From Octopus sinensis (Eukaryota), in the NCBI RefSeq assembly GCF_006345805.1, contig NC_043000.1, forward strand, positions 113,522,001-113,586,000: a DNA stretch of 64,000 bases, written 5' to 3'. The notes beneath the pieces are model-generated. The model searched no databases. It saw only the letters and a program-made list of their open reading frames with translations, and was not told where the DNA came from. The position numbers and the translations under genes are program-made. This document shows, one piece after another, positions 1 to 13,149 of the stretch (its first letter is position 1; each line of letters begins with the position of its first letter).

Positions 1-461
1 TGCTCCTGTCGTATTTTTTTTTATATTTTGTTTGATTTCATTATATATTTTTATATTTTAATTTATAGTAATTTCATTGTCTCTTGCTGGATCTGGTTGT
101 TGTTGTTGTTGTTAGTAGTAATGGTCATGGTGGTGGTGGTGGTGGTGATGTATTCGCCGTTCTTGTAGTAGATTCCTTCGTCTTCGGCGTCATGGAGAGA
201 GCCAGACGCCCAGACAGACAGACAGACAGACAGGCAAGGCAGGCAGACAGACAGACTGTCTCCCTCACTCATTAACAAAACTTGATTGACTGCATGCCTG
301 TGCGTCTGTGCGTCTGCGCGACTGATTTATCTGTCCGCCTGTCTGCCTGTCTGTCTGTCTCTGCCTGACAGCTTGTCTGTGTGTCACTCAGTCTCTTTCG
401 CTCTGTTCCCTTTATCCCCACCCCCTTACACCAAACTCCCTTCCCCACCACCCCACTACTA

Positions 462-504
<43 letters not shown>

Positions 505-727
505 CATGTTATCCATGTCGGATGCCTAAAAATAGAGCAGGCTCCATTCATCATATTAGGAATGCATCGGCTTTTGTTTTGGAGGACAATTTTTTTTTTA
601 TACTCATCGGATCTGATCACGTCTTCTTGAAAGGGTTTGCTTTGTTGTTCTTGGTGGTGGTGGTGCTGCTGCTGCTGCTGCTCTTATTGGTGATGGTGGT
701 GGTGGTTGAGATTCTTTTTATTCTTTT

Positions 728-1137
728 ATTCTTTTACTTGCTTCAGTCATTTGACTGCGGCCAGGCTGGAGCACTGCCTTTTAGTCGAACAAATCGAGCC
801 CAGGACTTAGTTCTTTGTAAGCCTAGTACTCATTCTGTCGGCCTCTTTTGCCGAACCGTTAAGGTAATGGGACGTAAACACACCGTCACCGGTTTTCAAG
901 CGATGGTTGGGAACAAACACAGACACACAAACGCACACACATACACACATATATACGTGTATATATATATGTGTGTGTGTGTGTGTGCATGTATGTATGT
1001 ATGTATTATGTATACGACGGGATTCTTTCAGTTTCTGAGGCAATAGTAGAAGATACTTGACCAAGGTGCCACGCAGTGGGACCGAAACTGGAACAATGTG
1101 GTTGGAAAGCAAGCTTCTTACCACACAGCCACTCCTA
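728..1137 (-). mobile_element. SINE family A, near full length (tRNA-like head, internal microsatellite, GACTGAAACAAGTAAAAGA tail)
   Basis: Head GGAGTGGCTGTGTGGTAAG...GGTCCCACTGCGTGGCACCTTGG; homologous to about 10 other copies in the window. Confidence 0.85.
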
Positions 1138-1164
1138 TTCGTATTGTTATCTTCATCGATGTTG

Positions 1165-1975
1165 TTTTCTCAACCGGGGTCCAAGAGACCCTTGAAGGTC
1201 CCATGCACGATCCTTTGGCGGGGGGTTCACAAGCTAAAAAGGAAACTAGAGAGCCACAGTGGTATTTTAAAGATCCATGGAACAATTTTGCTTTAGATAT
1301 ATCTATTACGAGGAACAACTGGGCTTCTTTCTCTAGGCGCATGCGTGGCTGTGTGGTAAGTAGTTTGCTTACCAACCACATGATTCCGGGTTCAGTCCCA
1401 CTGCGTGGCAACTTGGGCAAGTGTCTTCTACTATAGCCTCGGACCGACTAAAGGCGGTGCTCCATCATGGCTGCAGTCAAATGACTGAAACAAGTAAAAG
1501 AGTAACGTTTTACGAAGTTCATTGAATTTTCTGTCAAAAGAACGTTGTCCCCTCGCGGAATTCTATTGCGGGCCTATACAAATGAATGGATAAATAACAA
1601 AATAGGAATTTTGAAAGAAATATCTATAAAACTTACGGAGATGTACTTGCATAGCGAGTGACCTTATTTGAGATCGTGTGCTGGAGCGAAAACAATTGCA
1701 GCATGGAAGGTGTTTATAAGCCATTTGAAAACACAAAACAACCATTGAATTCACTGACAAAATTCCGTGCTGCACGAAATTTTGTCAGGGAACAAGTCGC
1801 GGTCTGAAAGCGACAAAAATATTTTGGCAAAATAAATTTAAATGTTGAAGTGAATCTAACGGTTTCTGTGTATATTTAAATGGTTTATAAAAATCTATAA
1901 AACTATTTTTTTAAGTATTGAATGGCTAGGCCATCAAAGGGACCCATAGATAAATCCTTGAAGATCCGTTGTTTT
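1165..1975. mobile_element. Possible degraded hAT-type element hosting the SINE at 1335 and a palindromic cassette
   Basis: TTCTCAACCGGGGTCC-like left end; internal 1630-1890 homologous to the interior of the 46110 MITE; right TIR and TSD not convincingly found. Confidence 0.35.
1335..1503 (+). mobile_element. SINE family A, internally deleted copy
   Basis: A/B-box head (TGGCTGTGTGG; GGTTCAGTCCC) joined directly to the tail TAAAGGCGGTGCTCCA...GACTGAAACAAGTAAAAG. Confidence 0.85.
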
Positions 1976-2401
1976 AGGGTCTAATATTTAGACAACCGAA
2001 GTCAATTCTGATCAGAAAAATTGATGATCAAAGAGACGATCCTTCATTATGTAAAAAAAATGTCACCATTGTCGTCGTCATCGGCATCACCATCGTCATC
2101 ATCATCATCGTCGTCATCCTCAACATCATCCGCATCACAGCTACTACAACCACTTGTCCCATAATTGCCATACTTTCAGCCGAACCATATCACAACCACC
2201 ACCACCATCACTACTACCACAACCATCGTGCTACCTACCACTTGCACCTCGTTACCATTGTGCCAGCGCCAAAACTATGTTACCGCCAACATTTTAGCTA
2301 TACAAGTATCACCACCAGAAAGTCATCATGCTACCGTTAGTACCACAACCTTTACTACTAATGAGCCGGCGAAGGAGTTTCTGCATAGTGACTCGATTTG
2401 C

Positions 2402-2605
2402 TAGAAATAGCAGCCGGATTAATTCAAATCAGACTATAATGTTTCATCGCATGAAGGACAGGTTGAATAATGCCCTGGTCTCTCTGAAGATAGCAAATAG
2501 ACGACTGGTGGTGGGTGGGGGGTTTAGGTTGCAGTTGAAATGTCTTTGATCAAGGGTCTGCTTCATTGGGAGGCGCGACCTGGGGCTAAATTAGAAAAAC
2601 AACAA
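2402..2605 (+). repeat. Old interspersed repeat family C (SINE-like, (CAA)n tail)
   Basis: Shared motifs TAGAAATAGCAGCC ... TTTGATCA(T/A)GG ... GACCTGGGGCTAAA-CAACAAC, also at ~3965-4155(+), 27930-28135(+), 60608-60815(-) and 60895-61062(-). Confidence 0.55.
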
Positions 2606-2629
2606 CAAAGCATCGTATCACCTAATCGT

Positions 2630-2696
2630 TACCACCACCATCACCATCGCTATTATCTTCATCACCATCATCACCACCATCATCATCATCACCACC

Positions 2697-2728
<32 letters not shown>

Positions 2729-2795
2729 CATAATCATCAACATCATCATCATCATCACCACCACCACCATCATCATCACCATCATCATCACCATC

Positions 2796-2827
<32 letters not shown>

Positions 2828-3090
2828 CATCACCATCATCATCATTATCAGCACCATCATCATCACCGTCATCACCATCATCATCACCATCATCATCATT
2901 ATCAGCATCATCATCATCACCGTCATCATCACCATCATCATCATTATCATCATCATCATCGTCATCACCACATCATCATCACCACCAACATCATGACCAT
3001 CATCATCATCACCATCAATATCAGCCCCAGCATCATCATCATCATCATCACCACCATCATCACCATCAACATCATCATCATCACCACCAT
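2630..3090. repeat. Compound (CAT)n/(CAC)n trinucleotide array
   Basis: Directly visible; source of the poly-His ORF 2540-3316. Confidence 0.95.
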
Positions 3091-3343
3091 CCTACCATTG
3101 TTATTTCCAGCCTATCTCCCACATCTCGCATTATCTTCTCTTTTCGTCGTCGTCGTCGTCGTCGTTCTCGTCGGAGATGTTTATTTATTCATGACTTCAG
3201 CTCCTGTCAAAGCTGCTGCAGGTGCTGCCGGTGCTGCAGGTGCAACTGCAGATGCTGCTAGTGCTGTTACTATAAGTGCTGCTGCACTCAGTTGGCAGCG
3301 TTATTGCTGCTGTTGACTGAGAATGCTGACGCTGCTGCTACTA

Positions 3344-3377
<34 letters not shown>

Positions 3378-3440
3378 CTGCCCTCTTGTAAGTGCTGCTG
3401 CACCTGGCAATGTTAATACTGCTGCTACTGCTGCTGTTGC

Positions 3441-3480
<40 letters not shown>

Positions 3481-3964
3481 CCTGCTGCGACTGCTTGACG
3501 TTTTGTGGTGTCTGAAGGAAGGCAGATGAGGTGCGGCGAGGAATAATAATGTCTTTGACTGGTGGCAATAGAATTTTGTTCTTGCTAATGGAGAGGGCGC
3601 TAGTGGTAGTGGTGGTGGTCGTGGTGGTCGTGGTGGTCGTGGTGGTGGTCGTGGTGGTGGAGCGTATCACTGTCTACTGTTTCATTCCTCCCAACTTTTA
3701 CTCTCTCTCCTATTGTCTCTTTTCTCTCTCACTCTCTCTCTCTCTCATTCTCCCACTCACACTCTGTCATTCCTCCCACTACTACCACCACCAAACTTAG
3801 GTCTTGTTTCTTTCATTTTTCTTCCTCATCTCCTGCGACAGATTCGGCACGATCGCCCCCCCCCACCCCGCAACCCTCTAACATCGCCATCATTACCACC
3901 ACCATCGCCCTGTCTCTAACTCCAAGAAATAATGAACGGCAACGAATGATCCTCTATTAGGTCA

Positions 3965-4155
3965 CTATGTTTGCGAGATATAGCAGCTAATCTCTCGTAA
4001 ATACCATCACACTATTATAAAATGAAAGGCAGGGCATATTAAATAATGTAGACTAAGTTATACTATATTTGACAATAAAGACGAGATGGTCATAACTGGA
4101 ATTCCTCACATTGTATGCTTGCTCACTTGGGGCTAGCTTTGCGCTAAACAACAAT
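3965..4155 (+). repeat. Family C copy
   Basis: GATATAGCAGCTAATCTC...AAGACGAGATGGTCATAACTGGAA...GGGGCTAG..CTAAACAACAA. Confidence 0.45.
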
Positions 4156-4605
4156 GAAACCAAGCCCAGTCCTATTGTTTCATTGGTAAATAGAGTTTAA
4201 ATTGGTTTAAGAATTAGCCCTTATGGTAATTTTCTTCAACTTGAAGGCGCTGGAATCGTGGTTAGAACCTGGAATCAAGATGAGATATCTTGTGTTGTGT
4301 ATCCATTAGTAGACGTATGTTAGCGAATATATAATGTGATGTGTTATTGTTTTGTGTATATCAAATACGAAGTTTATCAGATCAAGTGAGCAACCGTGAT
4401 ATTACATACAGGGATGGGTAAAGGTAGGCACAGTTGCATGAAGATCAAGCATTTACTAAAAGTCCCCAGAAATCAAAAAAGAGGGCTTCCAATCAACAAG
4501 GTACCTCTCACAGATCCCTTAGTCGACATAAGAATCACTTAGGTTTAAAACAGTAACTGGATAAATGAAAATGACATTCCACTTATATTAAGCAAATCTG
4601 TTTTT

Positions 4606-4740
4606 TATTCTCTCACTTGTTTCAATCATTTGACTGCGGCCATACTGGGGCACTGCCTTTAGTCGAACAAATCTACACTTTGTAAGCCTAGTACTTATTC
4701 AATCGGACCCTTTTGCCGAACCACTGAGTTACGAAGCAAA
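4606..4740 (-). mobile_element. SINE family A, 3' fragment
   Basis: CTTGTTTCAATCATTTGACTGCGGCC...GCCGAACC matches the family A tail. Confidence 0.8.
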
Positions 4741-5100
4741 CTTCATACCACACATCCACTCTTGAGCCTATATCTTTTTTGCTCATTCGTGCATATTTAT
4801 CAAGGTGGTATATATTTAAATATTGTATACAGACCCAAATCAAAAATACGCGGCAAAGTTGTAGGGACATCAGGGTCATAATATGAGTGTTAACTGATGG
4901 ACGAAATCATTGAGAGGCGGAATGATATATTTATGGAAACTAAAAGTTGAGTAGTAAAAGCGTATTTTAAATATTAAAACGTTTTAAACATTCAATATCA
5001 TAAAATAGTTAAGAGGATCTTGTCTTCGGTAAATATCTAGACGAACGATAGATTCATGAATTGAGGTCCGTCGTTATGAAGTTCATTACATATATATATA

Positions 5101-5242
5101 TGTCTTAATAACTGACGAGATGCCGGGGCAGATTTCCGTCCCGACATCCGAAACTCGGAGTTTATTATGGCAACTGAATAATTGTCACATATTGTATTAC
5201 AGATAAATTCCTCTATTTACATAACATCAAGGTCTCATTCAT
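5101..5242 (+). repeat. Repeat family E (hammerhead-like motif), single arm
   Basis: Homologous to 21396-21540: GTCTTAATAACTGA.GAGATGCCGG...CCGACATCCGAAACTC.GAGTT...AATTGTCACATATT...AGATAAATTCCTCT...TCTCATTCATTC. Confidence 0.8.
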
Positions 5243-5265
5243 TCTTTTGTTGCCATAATATTACT

Positions 5266-5308
<43 letters not shown>

Positions 5309-5869
5309 TAATAATAAATATGTGTGTGTGTGTGTAATAACAATAATCCTTGGATGGAATTTATAAACATTTAATGCATCGCTAGGCGCGTTTCCACAAA
5401 TTACGTGGCTCTTAAGATCATAGTCCATATTCCTAGGATGATTACCATGTAGTTCGTAGTATCCGTGGGCATCCGGTTTGGTCATCATCATTGGTTCATT
5501 CCTTTAGGCAATATAACATTAGTTGATCTACAACAAATGGATGCTCATCCCCTTTTACCACCATGAAGTTCAAGCGAGTCCTGTGGGTATTTGCACATTC
5601 AAAACGTTTCCCATAAATAAAATTAAAAAGATATATATAAAGAACTTATTCTTCACCCATCCCCTTCCAGTCATTTCAATGTGTGACCGTATGTGTATCG
5701 TTGGCGATTTTCTTTCTCCGTCTTCCCTTCATTGGACTTTCTCTATATTTCTGATGAAGAGCTCCTCTTTCTTTTCCTTCCTTTCCTGAGCGTTCAATAA
5801 TACTGTACTTCTTCCACTTCCTCGCGTTGTTGCTCTTTTTCTTGCTTGTTCATGCATTGATTGACTATA

Positions 5870-5913
<44 letters not shown>

Positions 5914-5916
5914 TAT

Positions 5917-6035
5917 AGGCGAAGGAGTGGGTATGTGGTATGTGGCTTGCTTATCAACCACATAGTTCCACGTGGCACCTTGGGCAAGTGTCTTCTATTA
6001 TAGCCTCAGGCTGACCAAAGCCTTGTGAGTGGATT

Positions 6036-6109
<74 letters not shown>

Positions 6110-6142
6110 GTATGTACGTTTGTATGTATGTATGTATGTATG

Positions 6143-6173
<31 letters not shown>

Positions 6174-6429
6174 GTATGTATGTATGTATGTATGTATGTA
6201 GTATGTATGTATGTATGTATGTGTACATATGTTCGTGTGTCTGTGCTTGCCCCTCCAACATCGCTTGATGACCGATGCTGGTGTGTTTACGTCCCCGTAA
6301 CCTAGTAGTTCGGCAAAAGACCCGATAGACTAGGTACTAGGCTTGCAAAGACTAAGTCCTGGGTTCGATTTGCTCGACTACAGCATGGCCGCAGTCACAT
6401 GACTGAAACGTGTAAAAGAATGAAAGAAT
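5917..6429 (+). mobile_element. SINE family A, full length with ~185-bp internal (TA)n/(TATG)n expansion
   Basis: Head AGGCGAAGGAGTGG, body GGCACCTTGGGCAAGTGTCTTCTA, tail GACTGAAACGTGTAAAAGAATGAAAGAAT. Confidence 0.85.
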
Positions 6430-7075
6430 ATGTATATATACATATATATACACACACATGCATATGTATATATCTGTGTGCGTGTGTGTGCGTAGATGCA
6501 AATATATTTCGCAATATATTTCGCGTGATGAAGAATTTCGCATCGCTTCGGAACTCACATGGTTGCACCTGAAGATCTAGAATTATTTATTGGGTGCTAG
6601 ACGGCCTGAAACGCGAAAATTCTAGTTTGTTTGGATGAGAGAAAATATAAAACCCCATAGTAGATTAGAACCTGTGATGAATTTGAGGGAAAATAACAAT
6701 GGTTAGTAATGTTATAATGCACTTTTTTTCTTCGTCAGTAAGGGAGACAACAATGGTTATGTTTTTGTAGTATTCTGACTTCATCAGTTAAAAAGAAATA
6801 GTCATCACTGTACTCGTCAAAATGGAAGAATCAGTAAGTAATTTTGGAAGAATGGGTGCATATTGATGGGTGTAAGAATACAGAATTGTCTGGAGATTAA
6901 ATGATTTAAGAAATGCCGACAGCATGATAGACAGATAGACGGATAGACAGACAGACAAGTTCATAGATGCAGAAATAGACTTGCATTATTTAGACACACG
7001 TGCACAGGGAATCACACAGACACTCATACATACACACACACACAAACACATACATACATACATACACACATACAT

Positions 7076-7079
<4 letters not shown>

Positions 7080-7146
<67 letters not shown>

Positions 7147-7222
7147 TACAGACAGACAGACAGACAGACAGTCAGACAGACAAACAGACAGTCAGACAGA
7201 CAGACAGACAGACAGACAGACA
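7080..7222. repeat. (CAGA)n microsatellite
   Basis: Directly visible. Confidence 0.95.
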
Positions 7223-8036
7223 GGCAGAAGTAGAAAGAAACAACAAGACATGGCAGGTAGAAAAATAAGGAAACAGGATATAGAAGAGAACACAGGGGAA
7301 AGTAGATAGGGAACAGAGAACAGGGAACAGGGGACAGGGGGCAGGGGACAGTATTGGACAGGAGACAGGGTTGGACAGAGAAAAAAAAAGAGGGGTTGGA
7401 AAGAGGGAGTTGACTCGGTAGGCAGAGCGAATGTGGAGAAAGACGATTGCGAAATTCCATGATGGAGGAGAAAAGTTCAATGGAGAATATTTGAGAAATG
7501 TCGATGAATTTACGAATGAAAAAAAAGGTTCGTGCCGGGAGAGTTTGTAGCCTTCAACGTATGAATGTAAGATTAATTGAATGATGGAATGAGAATATTA
7601 TAGAATAAAGGAATGAAGGAAAACTCAAGCTCAGCCGATTCTGGAGTTTCCTTATGTTTCTACGAATATCTCTCGCGCATTTCTGTCTTTTCTCTTTGCC
7701 TTCTCTCTTTCTCTCTATCTTTCTATTCTTGCCTTCATCTTCTATCTCTCTCTCTCTCTCGCCTTTCTTTTCTGTCCAACTTTACCCTCTGACCACCTCC
7801 GCCTCGTGTCTCTTGTTATCTGGATCCAATATCCCTCCCTCCGTGTCACCTCCGTCTTCTGTCTACCCTCAGTCGCGCGTTTTTTATTCTTTTCACGTGT
7901 CGCGTTTCCTCTAGTCTCCTCTACTTCTTTCTATCCATCTGTCTTTCACTATATCTATCTGTCCGCCTGTCTATTTGTCTCTTTATTTATCCATTTATCT
8001 ATCTATCTATTTGTCTATCTGTATGTCTTCTGTCAG

Positions 8037-8039
<3 letters not shown>

Positions 8040-8111
<72 letters not shown>

Positions 8112-8193
8112 TATCTGTCTGTCTGTCTGTCCGTCTATCTAACTATTTATGTATGTATGTATGTATGTATGTATGTATGTATGTATGTATATA

Positions 8194-8230
<37 letters not shown>

Positions 8231-8301
8231 GTCTGTCTGTCTGTCTGTCCGTCTATCTAACTATTTATGTATGTATGTATGTATGTATGTATGTATGTAT
8301 G

Positions 8302-8356
<55 letters not shown>

Positions 8357-8380
8357 TCCGTATGTCTGTCTTTCTGTCTG

Positions 8381-8440
<60 letters not shown>
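8040..8440. repeat. Compound (TATC)n/(TGTC)n/(TATG)n array with a ~118-bp higher-order duplication
   Basis: Marker GTCCGTCTATCTAACTATTTATG at 8129 and 8247. Confidence 0.9.
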
Positions 8441-8442
<2 letters not shown>

Positions 8443-8791
8443 AGTTTGTTTGTCTGTCTTTCTATCTATCTACCTACCCCTCTGCCTATCCAATAATTTC
8501 TCTATCTTTATATATCTATCTCTCGGTCTTTCTCTCTCTCTCTCTCTTTCTCTTTCTTTCTTTCTTTCTGTCTGTCTGTCTGTCTCTCCTTCGTTCTCCG
8601 TCCTCTCTCTCTCTCTCTCTCTTTCTCTCAAAAAGAAAAAAAAAATCATAATTCGAGACAGCAAATGATGGCGACATTAATGATGCTGGTTATTCTGATT
8701 TATATGCTTAAGATTATGGCGTTGGTGATGACAGTTATTATGATGATGACGGATGGCAGTGGTGGTGGTGGTAGACGAAAGTAAGAGTGGA

Positions 8792-8827
<36 letters not shown>

Positions 8828-9912
8828 GGTGTGTTGGGGTGGGTTAAAACACGAGGTTAGGGAGTGCATTTGTTTGTATAGATTGCTTTTGTCGGCTGGT
8901 AAACGGGTAGCGGGTGGTGGGGCGCTAGTAGTCGTGGTCGTAGTGGAGGTGGTGATGGTGTTGCTGCTGCTGGTACTTGTGGTGGTAGTGGTGATAGTGG
9001 TGGTGTTGGTGGTGATAGTGGTGGTGGTGATAGTGGTGGTGATGGTGGTGGTGGTGGTGGTGGTGGAGAATTTAGTAATGGAGAGTTGGCTGGCGGGCTG
9101 GTGCAGCAATTGTACATCAGCAGATATGGTGGGGTGGAGGGGTTTGATGTAAACATAATACGGTGAGTAAGTGGTGGGGTGGGGGTGGAATGTAAATGTA
9201 GGAGTAAATGGAGGGGTGGAATAAGGGTGGCAATCTAAAGAAAGTGGTATTGTTTGGTGCGGTTTGGTGGGCGTGAGTAGGGCAATTGTTGTGATGGGAT
9301 TGGTGGTGGCGGTGGTGGTCGTGGTGGGAGATAGCGGTGGTAGTGTCAATGACAGCCATGATGATGATGAGGGTGACGATGATGTTGTTGATTGTTGTGA
9401 TGCTGGTAGAAATATGGCGAGTTTGGGTTGTGGTGGGGAGACAATGTCAATGGGGTTAAAAGTATCGGTAACCTTAATAGTTTGCGGTGAAGAAGGAGAG
9501 AAAGAAGAAAGGGAGAACGGAGGGATTCGTCGCCGGTGATGTAAATATGTGTGTGTCTATATATATATATATACACGCACACATACATACATTGATAGAT
9601 ACATAGAGAGATAGAGATATAGAGATATATAGATATACATACAAATATATATACATACATATATATATGCATATTTTATGTATATATATATATATATACA
9701 TGTACATATATATATACATATATATCCTCAATGTTTATAGTTACATATATAAGTATAGGTATATATATATAATATATATATACATATATTTATATATATA
9801 TATATGCATATATATATATACATATACACTGACCAACAACCAACCAACACTGTACATATATATATGTATGTATATATATACATATACAACTATACATATA
9901 TACATACATACA

Positions 9913-9949
<37 letters not shown>

Positions 9950-9984
9950 GTATATACTTACAAATATATATATCTTTGCATGTA

Positions 9985-10370
9985 TCTTTTACTTGTTTCG
10001 GTCATTAGAGTGTGGCCATGCTGGGGGACTGCTTTGAAGAATTTTTAGTTGAATGAATCGACGCCTCGTACTCTTATTCTACCCTGATAGTTTTTCTATC
10101 TTTTATTTTTGTCAAACTGCTAAGTTACGAGGACGTAAACACAGCAACACCGGTGGTCAAGCGTTGTTGGGGGACAAACACGCACATCGACACACACGCC
10201 AACACACTCATCTACAATGGGCATCTTTCACTTTCCAAGTACCAAATACTCTGACAAAGCTTTGGTTTGCCCGAGACTAGTAGTAGACACTTTTTCGAGC
10301 TGCCATACAGTGAGACCGAACACGAAACCACATGGCTATGAAGCAAGCTTCTTACCACACAACCACTCCT
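9985..10370 (-). mobile_element. SINE family A (subfamily variant)
   Basis: Tail CTTTTACTTGTTTCGGTCATT; head TTACCACACAACCACTCCT. Confidence 0.8.
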
Positions 10371-10397
10371 ACATACATACATACATACATACATACA

Positions 10398-10429
<32 letters not shown>

Positions 10430-10737
10430 CATGCAAGTTGACTGGTCGTTCCTCCGTACCCAGAGACAAAACTCAGAGTAGCAGGAAAGCGACTCGACCA
10501 AAATATATTATCGAACTTTCGTATGGTATCACGTACTCCTTCTTCCGACAATCAATACTAAACTTACGGAATTATCCCTTCTCCACTCTTCCAATGACGT
10601 TGACGAGTTGTTAAGAGTGTACCAGTAATACACTGCGGTATACGGCAGGCATGGCTATATATTCCATCAACTATGCTTCTTTCGAAGATTGCAAGAGGCT
10701 GCGTATATTTGACGTATTATTAATTATCATCATCATC

Positions 10738-10810
<73 letters not shown>

Positions 10811-11329
10811 ACAGCATCATCATCATCATCATCGTAAGTCTTGCAAGTAAACTTTGGGTTGTGACTTGGTCTTCTTTCTGAAAATTAAGACGAGATATTA
10901 GACAATCCAGTTCCAGATATTCAGGAAATGTCGAGAGGGTCACATGCAGCAATTTCTTTGATCATAAGCTACTCGTGTATCTGAGCTGTAAACAACAGCA
11001 GCATCACCATCAACATAATCTCCGTCATCCTCATCATACTCATCATCATCTTCATCATCATCATCATCATCATCATCTCAATGATCAGCATCATTATCAA
11101 ATCCATAGTCTATTTTTATTTTTATTTTATATTATTTGTTGATGTATTTTTTTGTTGTTTTCCTTGATACTTCAGCGGAAACAACATTAGAAAGGGAAAA
11201 AAGTAGGGGAGGGGGGAAGAAAAAACATTAAAAAATGCAGATGGAAAAAAGCCTTTCACAAAACAAAACGCTTCGCCCCACACAAAACTATATATACATA
11301 TATATTATTGTATATATATATTATATATA

Positions 11330-11376
<47 letters not shown>

Positions 11377-11440
11377 CATATGTAGAAGGTTGAAATGAAA
11401 CATATATATACACCCACATATATATATATATATATACATC

Positions 11441-11471
<31 letters not shown>

Positions 11472-11832
11472 ATATGTATATGCATATATACATGCGCCTG
11501 CATGTATAAAAGGGAACGTCTGCGCGGTGGTAGGGATGAAATCATCCACCCACGCATGATGATGCGAATGCATTCATTTGTTGTCTGACGAATGTGCAAT
11601 TATGTCGGTGCAGCTTATAGAACGCTATTGAAAAAGACAATCAGTCCGTCTCTGTCCTACATAACATCCTATAATGAGAAGCGCCACCGTCCCACCCCGC
11701 CAAGCCCCGAACCACCAGCCACACCTCCGAGAACCACTGTCTCAGCCATTCTAAATATTACCATGAACTAGTTTTTTTTTTTTCTTTTGTCCCCCATCTT
11801 CAATGTTGATTTTATTCATTTTTCATCTTTAC

Positions 11833-11895
<63 letters not shown>

Positions 11896-12181
11896 TTTGT
11901 TAAGGCATATGTCAAGGTTGTTATTCAGTTCCCCTTTTCTTCAAATACAAAACATTATCGGTTGGCGTGCCCACATAATTGCACTCGCATATACTTCCAC
12001 GCACACTCAAACACACACGCATACGCACACACACATGTACTCACATACGCACACATACACACACGCTGACGCTCATAATCTTAGGGAACATACACGCAAG
12101 GTCACGTGCACTACGCAAATGCTAGCGCAAATATTCAAAAAAGTGATTGTCTTTTCCTTTTCTCTTCCTCCTCCTCTCATT

Positions 12182-12365
<184 letters not shown>

Positions 12366-13149
12366 GACGTCGCACAGTATACAACATCGTGAGTTTGTTG
12401 ACTGAAAATGTGTGTCTGCTTAGGGGTTTGTACTCTTTGTCAAGTCACACCAAGGACCTCAGACAGAAAATACTTTACGCAATATGCGTCCAGTTCCAAG
12501 TAATACCGACTTTTGCAATACATCTAGATTGTGGTGTATCTCTAAGGTTTTCAGATATGTTTCAGCTCGGGTGGTATTGAACCAATGCTCCGATGACAAT
12601 AGGGTTAACTTTTATGTTCGACTCTCGCAGCTGACACATCGTAGCGATCTCAATTCCCAGGACTCCATTATCATTATTATTATTATTATTAAAAACTGAG
12701 GGTGGAGATGGAATTTGTGAAAAGATGAGTGATTGGGATAAGAACGGGCAGAATGAATGGCCCTGCTATAAGTAAGCGCCTGTAGATTGGAGAGCAGGAG
12801 AAAGGGCTCGCACCTTTGGTGGTTAGTGTAATCTTGGATTTGTAGGGTTCCATGATTGGCCCTAATTGGAGTTAACCCCTGTATCAGAACTGCATCATTC
12901 ATATTATTACATACATTTTATTCTATGTTTATTGTATCGCATTTCACTGTCCTTTTCATTCCCCCCCTCCAGTCTTTATGTAAATCCCTACACAAATTGT
13001 TGTTTGCCCTTTAGATGTTCTCTTCATCTATGCCCCTCAGGCTGCTACAACTACTACTACCATTGCTACTACTGCTACTATTACTACTAATAGTAGCTGC
13101 TACTATTGTTGCTATGTTGTGTTGGGAAGGAGATAGTAAATAATATATA

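Noticed and set aside
2540-3316. 258-aa poly-His ORF
   Set aside because: Translation of a (CAT/CAC)n array that runs into other trinucleotide repeats; no complex coding sequence, and similar arrays recur throughout the window.
7806-8651. 281-aa YLSI-repeat ORF, and similar ORFs at 58596-59288, 39103-39522 and 44504-44845
   Set aside because: Tetranucleotide microsatellites that happen to lack stop codons.
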